A stretch of 64,000 bases of DNA, taken from contig CALFBI010000017.1 in assembly GCA_937951675.1 (NCBI GenBank), positions 1-64,000 on the forward strand, in the 5' to 3' direction. The notes beneath the pieces are model-generated. The model worked only from the letters and a program-made list of their open reading frames with translations. It did not search any database and had not been told where the DNA came from. Position 1 is the first letter of the stretch, and every line of letters starts with the position of its first letter. The position numbers and the translations under genes are program-made. Positions 58,514 through 64,000 of this stretch are shown piece by piece. Source of the DNA: an uncultured Verrucomicrobiales bacterium. GTDB lineage: Bacteria; Verrucomicrobiota; Verrucomicrobiia; Verrucomicrobiales; Akkermansiaceae.

Positions 58514-59935
58514 ATGACTTCTCCAGCTAGCATCCTCATTGTCGACGACGAAAAGCCCACTCGGGATGGGCTGCGCATGGCATTAGAAGAAAGGTTTGAG
58601 TGCTTTGTGGCATCCCACCCACAACAAGCTCTTGAGATTCTCAAAACACAGCAAATTAACATCCTCCTGACGGATTTAAGAATGGGAACGGAGTCCGGAA
58701 TGGACCTCCTCGATGAAGCGCAAAAGCTCCCTCAACCTCCTGTGAGTATCATGATGACTGCTTACGGATCCGTTGACACCGCGGTAGAAGCAATGCGTAG
58801 AGGAGCGTGGCACTTCGTCACGAAACCGCTCAACCTCGAAGAAGTTGAAATGCTCGTGCTCAGAGCCTCTCGTTCTCAATCTTTAGAAAAAGAGAACCAA
58901 TCTCTCAAACAAGAGAATCAATCCTTACGCCAAGAAAACAAAACAAGAGAACCTGCTCTCGAACGGCTCATCGGGCAGTCTCCTGAAATGACTGACTTGA
59001 GGAACAAAATTAAACAAATGGCCCCTTCCCGAGCCACCGTCCTCATTCAGGGTGAATCAGGAACGGGAAAAGAGCTTGTGGCGCAATGCCTCCACGCCCT
59101 CTCTCATCGGAAATCCGAAAAACTCGTCACCGTGAACTGTGCCGCGCTTTCCTCACAACTTTTAGAATCAGAGCTTTTTGGGCATGAAAAGGGAGCCTTC
59201 ACTGGGGCCACGCAACGAAGAATCGGGCGTTTCGAACAAGCTCATGGAGGCACCCTCTTTCTAGATGAGATCGGAGAAATCGATGCCTCCACCCAAGTGA
59301 AACTATTGCGCGTCTTATCTGAACGGCAAATTGAGCGAGTCGGGTCAAATACGCCTATTGAAGTCGATGTTCGAGTGATTGCCGCCACTCACCGCCCTCT
59401 CGAAACAATGATCAAAGAAGGCGACTTCCGAGAAGATCTCTACTTCCGCCTTAATGTTCTAATGCTTCGGACTCCAGCATTACGGGAAAGAATGATCGAC
59501 CTCGCTTCACTATCGAAGCGCTTTCTGGATGAGTTCGCGAAAGAAAATAACAAAAGCACCCCCCCGATTGGGCCTCTCGCCTTTAAGGCGCTGCGCTCTT
59601 ACTCTTGGCCTGGCAACATCCGTGAACTTCGGGCTGCTTTAGAACACGCCGTCATTATGAGCCTTGGGGACCGTATTTCGGAGAAAGATTTACCCGAATC
59701 ACTTCTCCGAACAAGCTCTCCTCAGTTACCCATTCCCTCTGAAAACTCACCTCACGGCGAAAACACTCTTGATTCCACGCCCGAATTTAATTTGCATGTT
59801 ATCGAAACTAGATTGATTGAGCAGGCTTTAGCCCATACAAAAGGGAACCGAACTCTTGCGGCCGAACTTCTTGGCATCAGTCGACGCACTCTCCAGCGAA
59901 AACTTAAAGACCTTCCTTCCTCCTCTACACCCTAA
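58514..59935 (+). CDS. Sigma-54-dependent response regulator (NtrC family: REC + AAA+ sigma54-interaction + Fis-type HTH)
   Basis: REC (ILIVDDEKPTRDGL…LTDLRMG), sigma54 AAA+ (VLIQGESGTGKELVA…, GAFTGA, ESELFGHEKGAFTGA) and C-terminal HTH (…AAELLGISRRTLQRKLK). Confidence 0.85.
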   Translation: MTSPASILIVDDEKPTRDGLRMALEERFECFVASHPQQALEILKTQQINILLTDLRMGTESGMDLLDEAQKLPQPPVSIMMTAYGSVDTAVEAMRRGAWHFVTKPLNLEEVEMLVLRASRSQSLEKENQSLKQENQSLRQENKTREPALERLIGQSPEMTDLRNKIKQMAPSRATVLIQGESGTGKELVAQCLHALSHRKSEKLVTVNCAALSSQLLESELFGHEKGAFTGATQRRIGRFEQAHGGTLFLDEIGEIDASTQVKLLRVLSERQIERVGSNTPIEVDVRVIAATHRPLETMIKEGDFREDLYFRLNVLMLRTPALRERMIDLASLSKRFLDEFAKENNKSTPPIGPLAFKALRSYSWPGNIRELRAALEHAVIMSLGDRISEKDLPESLLRTSSPQLPIPSENSPHGENTLDSTPEFNLHVIETRLIEQALAHTKGNRTLAAELLGISRRTLQRKLKDLPSSSTP

Positions 59936-59940
59936 CATTT

Positions 59941-61725
59941 ATGTCCACTCCCGCTCTCATTAGACGATTTGTCTTCCTCTTCGTCATGGTTGGCCTCGCC
60001 TTTCTAAACATCAGCCTTCTCTTCCGAGGGCTGGAGCATCCAAAAGCGATGGAACAGGCTCAAATCGCGCGGGAAATCGCACGCGGAAACGGATTCCAAA
60101 GTAATGTTATTAAACCCATCGCACTCTCCCACTCACTCGAAGCAGGAGAACAAATTGGCATCCTCGAAGCGGCGCGTAAAGACACCTACCATGCCCCTCT
60201 CTACCCCTATATTCTATCTGCGGTCCTCAAAATAGCAGGCGGTGATGATGCTGATAAATGGCGAATGGGGAATAGTGACACCGTTTACGAGCTCGACCGC
60301 ATTATCGCGGCCATTTCATTGCTTTGCTTCCTCATGGCGATTGGAGTGAACTACCTCCTTCTCTCTCGGATCTTTGACACCAAAATTGGGGGCGTCGTGG
60401 CTGTGATGATGCTACTCAGTGACACCTTCTGGCAGTTTTCGATTAGTGGGCTTCCTCAAATGATGATGCTCCTCCTCTTCTCACTTGCGATGCTCTTTGC
60501 TTACCGCGCCACCGAGATCACCACCAATGGGCTTAGCGCCACTGGCTCTGCCCTGGCCGCCGCGATCTTCTTCGCCTTACTCGCGCTGACACACTGGCTC
60601 GCGACTTGGATCCTGATTGGGTATTGCCTTTATGCTATTTTCTTTATCCGACCAAAGGGAATTGCCGCGATTTTCACTCTCTTCTTCTTTGCGATTCCGG
60701 CCGGCATCATTCTAGCTCAATACCACCGTGCCACAGGAGTGCTAGGCATTGGATACTACTCCATCTATAACGGGGTTGGAGGCATCTCTGAAGATCTCAT
60801 TATGCGCACTACTGATGCGGGACAAATTATCAGTTCTAATATCGCAAAAGGCATTCTACTCAACATTGCCTCAACCGTCATCACTCAGCTCAAAGACCTT
60901 TACGCCAATACAGGAGGAGTCCTGGCTGCAAGTGCCTTTTTCTTTGCTCTCATCCATAACTTCAAACGTCCCGGGATTCGTGATTTTCGCTGGTGTGTGC
61001 TCGCGACTTGGGTTCTCGCCTCTATTGGCATGGCGATCTTTGGCCTCCAAGGTAAAGTCGTCTCTTATAATCAACTCCACATCCTATTTACCCCTCTTGC
61101 CGCAGGATATGGCCTCGCTTTTATCACCCTTATTTGGAACCGCATTCCTTTTCCTGAAAACAGCCCTGGGCTCAAAAATGCCCACTTTGTGATCTTGATT
61201 GCATTAGGAGCCAGCTCACTCGTGATCGACATCCCGCAAAAGTTTGTCTCCGGGCTTTATTCCAAAGGAGCCGTCCCCCCTCATTGGCGCCCTTACTACC
61301 CGACTCCTCTTAACACCAAGCTTGCAAGCTGGGTCGACGAAAAAGAAATCATTGTTTCTGACCAACCTTGGGCCGTTGGTTGGTATGCTGATCGCAAAGC
61401 GCTCTGGCTGCCGCGCCTGATCCAAAATTTCGAAAAAATTGAGAAAATAGCGGCCCTAGAGAAAACCCCTTTTGCGGGGATTCACCTCAGCCCTTATTCG
61501 TCCTCGATGAAGCCGCTCCCTAAAGTTCAGCAAGAATACAAGGGATACTTCCCTCTCATTCTTAATGGTTGGGCAGCTAAAGCCACCAGACAAACCAATG
61601 GTAACCTCGTCAAATCTGACCCTCGAACCAGAGCGGTGTTTGCCGAATACCTGACCAATTACACTCCAATGGTTGGTCCCGAAATGGTCTACTACTCTGC
61701 GACCCCTATTCGGTCGCGTAAATAA
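59941..61725 (+). CDS. Polytopic integral membrane protein (≥10 TM), possible GT-C-type glycosyltransferase/mannosyltransferase-like; function unknown
   Basis: Hydropathy shows ≥10 TMs with a large C-terminal soluble domain. Weak resemblance to ArnT/PMT-like GT-C proteins, with no diagnostic motif confirmed. Follows the NtrC-type regulator after a 5-nt gap. Confidence 0.3.
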   Translation: MSTPALIRRFVFLFVMVGLAFLNISLLFRGLEHPKAMEQAQIAREIARGNGFQSNVIKPIALSHSLEAGEQIGILEAARKDTYHAPLYPYILSAVLKIAGGDDADKWRMGNSDTVYELDRIIAAISLLCFLMAIGVNYLLLSRIFDTKIGGVVAVMMLLSDTFWQFSISGLPQMMMLLLFSLAMLFAYRATEITTNGLSATGSALAAAIFFALLALTHWLATWILIGYCLYAIFFIRPKGIAAIFTLFFFAIPAGIILAQYHRATGVLGIGYYSIYNGVGGISEDLIMRTTDAGQIISSNIAKGILLNIASTVITQLKDLYANTGGVLAASAFFFALIHNFKRPGIRDFRWCVLATWVLASIGMAIFGLQGKVVSYNQLHILFTPLAAGYGLAFITLIWNRIPFPENSPGLKNAHFVILIALGASSLVIDIPQKFVSGLYSKGAVPPHWRPYYPTPLNTKLASWVDEKEIIVSDQPWAVGWYADRKALWLPRLIQNFEKIEKIAALEKTPFAGIHLSPYSSSMKPLPKVQQEYKGYFPLILNGWAAKATRQTNGNLVKSDPRTRAVFAEYLTNYTPMVGPEMVYYSATPIRSRK

Positions 61726-61733
61726 ATCCCACG

Positions 61734-61988
61734 ATGGCCTCGGCGAAAAAAAATAAAGAACCAAGCTTCGAGCAAGCCTTGGTCGAACTCGAAGCACTCA
61801 TCCAAGAGATGGAAAACGAACAGCTTCCTCTTGAAACTCTCGTTTCTCATTACGAAAAAGGCGCAAATTTACTCAAGGTTTGTGAAACAGCTCTTGAAAC
61901 ATCCCGCAAGCGCATTGAGGCTATAGAACTCGACACCGATTACTCGTCTAAAGGCGAAACATCTCAAGATGACATCCGACTCTTCTAA
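61734..61988 (+). CDS. xseB: Exodeoxyribonuclease VII small subunit
   Basis: …SFEQALVELEALIQEMENEQLPLETLVSHYEKGANLLKVCETALETSRKRIE… is the canonical XseB helical hairpin. Classic xseB–(ispA)–dxs arrangement, with ispA absent here. Confidence 0.85.
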   Translation: MASAKKNKEPSFEQALVELEALIQEMENEQLPLETLVSHYEKGANLLKVCETALETSRKRIEAIELDTDYSSKGETSQDDIRLF

Positions 61989-63861
61989 TCATTCCCTCGA
62001 CCCTGAGGGCCTTCTTCAGCATATTAATGGCCCTGAAGATGTTAAAAAACTCACGGTCCCCCAACTCTCCGAGCTTGCAGAAGAGGTCCGCGCCGTTCTC
62101 ATTCACTCGCTTTCCGAAACAGGTGGTCACTTAGGCCCTAATCTCGGAGTCGTTGAGCTCACGATTGCTCTGCATTACGTTTTTGATTCTCCCGAGGATC
62201 ATTTTCTTTTCGACGTTTCTCACCAAGGTTACGTCCACAAACTTCTGACGGGCCGAGCCAAAGAAATTCACACCATTAGGCAATACGAAGGGCTCAATGG
62301 ATTCCTCCTGCGCACCGAGTCTAAGCATGATTGCTACGGGGCTGGACATGCTGGCACCGCCTTATCTGCCGCACTCGGAATGGCTGCTGCCCGAGATCTT
62401 AAAAAAGGATCCAACCATGTCGTGGCGGTAGCAGGTGACGCCGCCTTCACGTGTGGACCTACTCTTGAAGCCCTCAATAATATCGAATCGACTACCAAAA
62501 AGCTGATCGTCGTGCTCAACGACAACGAATGGTCCATTGATAAAAACGTTGGCGCGATCGCCAAATATTTCAACGCTCTTCAAACGCACTCCATGTATTC
62601 TTCCGTGCGTCAAAGAACTGCAGATTTGGTCGAAAAGTTTGCGGGTTCAGGAGCTCGAAAATTCGCCCATAAATTGGAGCGAGGAGCTAAGAACCTTATT
62701 TTCCCTAACGTGCTCTTTGAAAAATTCGGACTTCGTTACTACGGGCCGATTAACGGGCATGATGTCGAACTTCTGGTAAACACTTTTGAATACTTAAAGG
62801 AACAAGAAGAGCCTGTTGTCCTTCATATTATTACTGAAAAAGGCCGTGGCTATCAGCCCGCCCTCGACAAACCTGGTAAATTTCACGGTCTCGGTCCTTA
62901 CAAAGTAGAGGATGGATCCACTGCTGGAACAGCTACTCCTACTTACTCGGAAATCTTTGGTCGCTCTATTACAGACTTTGCCAAAAAAGACCCCAATCTT
63001 GTCGCCATTACTGCCGCCATGCCCGGCGGCACCAAACTTGATACTTTCAAAAATGAACTCCCAGAAAGATACTACGATACTGGGATTGCGGAAGAACATG
63101 CAGCTCTTTTTGCTTCCGGTTTAGCAACGCAAGGAATCAAGCCCTTCCTCGCAGTCTACTCCACCTTCATGCAACGAGCCTTCGACATGATCGTGCATGA
63201 CATCGCCTTACAGAATCTCCCCGTTCGTCTCTGCATGGACCGAGGAGGCCTTTCTGGAGATGATGGCCCCACTCACCACGGCCTTTTCGATATCGGATAC
63301 CTGCGCCACATCCCAGGCATCATTCACATGCAAGCAAAAGACGAAGCCGAATTCGTCGACATGCTTTGGACCATGGCGAACTATAATGACGGTCCTACTG
63401 CGATTCGATACCCACGTGGACAAGGTCCTGGTCAGATGAAACAGGGAGCCCCTCAAATTCTCGAAATTGGAAAAGCTGAAGTCATTAGCGAAGGGTCTGA
63501 CGTAACACTCATCGGACTCGGCGACCTCTTCGAAATGGCGGAACGCGTCAAAGTGGAGCTCGAAACCAAAGGGTTCTCAGTTGGCCTCATCAACCCTCGT
63601 TGGATCAAGCCTCTCGATCTTGATGCGATCACTCAAGCCGCTCAAAACAGCACGGTGATTTGCACCTTCGAAGATCATGTTCTCAAAAACGGGTTTGGGG
63701 CCTCTATCATCGAAGCTCTCCATGACTCCTCGATCAGGACCCCGGTCGAAAGAATTGGGTGGCCAGATGAATTCGTTGAACATGGTAAACCTCATGTTCT
63801 CCGAGCTAAGCACGGCCTCACCGCTGAAGCTGCTCTTGAAAAAATCCTCTCCCACCTCTAA
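61969..63861 (+). CDS. dxs: 1-deoxy-D-xylulose-5-phosphate synthase
   Basis: TPP-binding …GGHLGPNLGVVELTIALHYVFDSPEDHFLFDVSHQGY…GDAAFTCG… and transketolase-like domains; 630 aa. Overlaps the xseB 3' end by 20 nt. Confidence 0.95.
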   Translation: MTSDSSNHSLDPEGLLQHINGPEDVKKLTVPQLSELAEEVRAVLIHSLSETGGHLGPNLGVVELTIALHYVFDSPEDHFLFDVSHQGYVHKLLTGRAKEIHTIRQYEGLNGFLLRTESKHDCYGAGHAGTALSAALGMAAARDLKKGSNHVVAVAGDAAFTCGPTLEALNNIESTTKKLIVVLNDNEWSIDKNVGAIAKYFNALQTHSMYSSVRQRTADLVEKFAGSGARKFAHKLERGAKNLIFPNVLFEKFGLRYYGPINGHDVELLVNTFEYLKEQEEPVVLHIITEKGRGYQPALDKPGKFHGLGPYKVEDGSTAGTATPTYSEIFGRSITDFAKKDPNLVAITAAMPGGTKLDTFKNELPERYYDTGIAEEHAALFASGLATQGIKPFLAVYSTFMQRAFDMIVHDIALQNLPVRLCMDRGGLSGDDGPTHHGLFDIGYLRHIPGIIHMQAKDEAEFVDMLWTMANYNDGPTAIRYPRGQGPGQMKQGAPQILEIGKAEVISEGSDVTLIGLGDLFEMAERVKVELETKGFSVGLINPRWIKPLDLDAITQAAQNSTVICTFEDHVLKNGFGASIIEALHDSSIRTPVERIGWPDEFVEHGKPHVLRAKHGLTAEAALEKILSHL

Positions 63862-63867
63862 CTCGAC

Positions 63868-64000
63868 ATGGCTGAGGCAGCCCGCGTCCTCATTGATGGC
63901 CCTTCGGAGCTTGTCTTTAGCTACGGCATCCCATCTGGATGGGCTGTAAAGCCTGGCTGCAGGGTTCGAATCCCGCTTCGCAAAGGAGACTCAACGGGCA
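63868..64000 (+). CDS. priA: Primosomal protein N' (PriA), N-terminal fragment running off window end
   Basis: MAEAARVLIDGPSELVFSYGIPSGWAVKPGCRVRIPLRKGDSTG matches the PriA N-terminal 3'-DNA-binding domain (…VP..L…G.RV.VPFG.R…G). Only 44 aa visible, so the assignment is tentative. Confidence 0.5.
   Translation, partial: MAEAARVLIDGPSELVFSYGIPSGWAVKPGCRVRIPLRKGDSTG

Overview
This 64 kb window reads as a mostly housekeeping chromosomal segment, probably from a Planctomycetes–Verrucomicrobia–Chlamydiae (PVC)-group bacterium. The evidence for that lineage is GC near 50 %, a tandem-fused 1849-aa UvrA, a PEP-CTERM-like remnant and sparse Shine-Dalgarno usage. It is gene-dense on both strands.

Recognisable core genes, in order:
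- ffh and rho (rho has a basic N-terminal extension);
- a class-III aminotransferase, rhomboid, secG and panD;
- a PAS/PP2C phosphatase;
- malQ and a GH13 amylase;
- tsaE, rplU–rpmA and trmL;
- the double-length uvrA;
- two paralogous Ser/Thr kinases, one carrying extracellular C-type-lectin domains;
- a truncated haemoglobin, a CPBP protease, thiL, an orphan nuoA and carB;
- a complete F1Fo ATP synthase operon (atpBEFHAGDC);
- HU, an orphan mlaE, msrB, cutA and an NtrB/NtrC-type two-component pair;
- xseB–dxs and the start of priA.

No tRNA, rRNA, CRISPR array or transposase was found by eye.

The one region that looks like an uncharacterised system is at 11.8–19.8 kb on the minus strand. It is a co-oriented, tightly spaced operon of a YqiJ/NfeD-like membrane protein, a flotillin (SPFH, YqiK-like) with a long coiled coil, and a 1670-aa cytoplasmic protein. 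The giant protein has an unknown ~480-aa N-terminal domain, ~400 aa of coiled coil, and a C-terminal MoxR/AAA_5-class ATPase. I know of no described function for that combination.

Secondary points of interest:
- an ApbE / FMN-binding protein / PepSY-TM / porin cluster at the 5' end, which looks like a flavinylated periplasmic redox module;
- a TGTGA-N6-TCACA palindrome in the atp promoter region;
- a short ATP synthase delta subunit;
- a YiiX/C92 amidase domain fused to an Arg-rich helical N-terminus.

The ORF track treats TTG and GTG as start codons, so several listed starts were moved to the likely true start. Coordinates include the stop codon.
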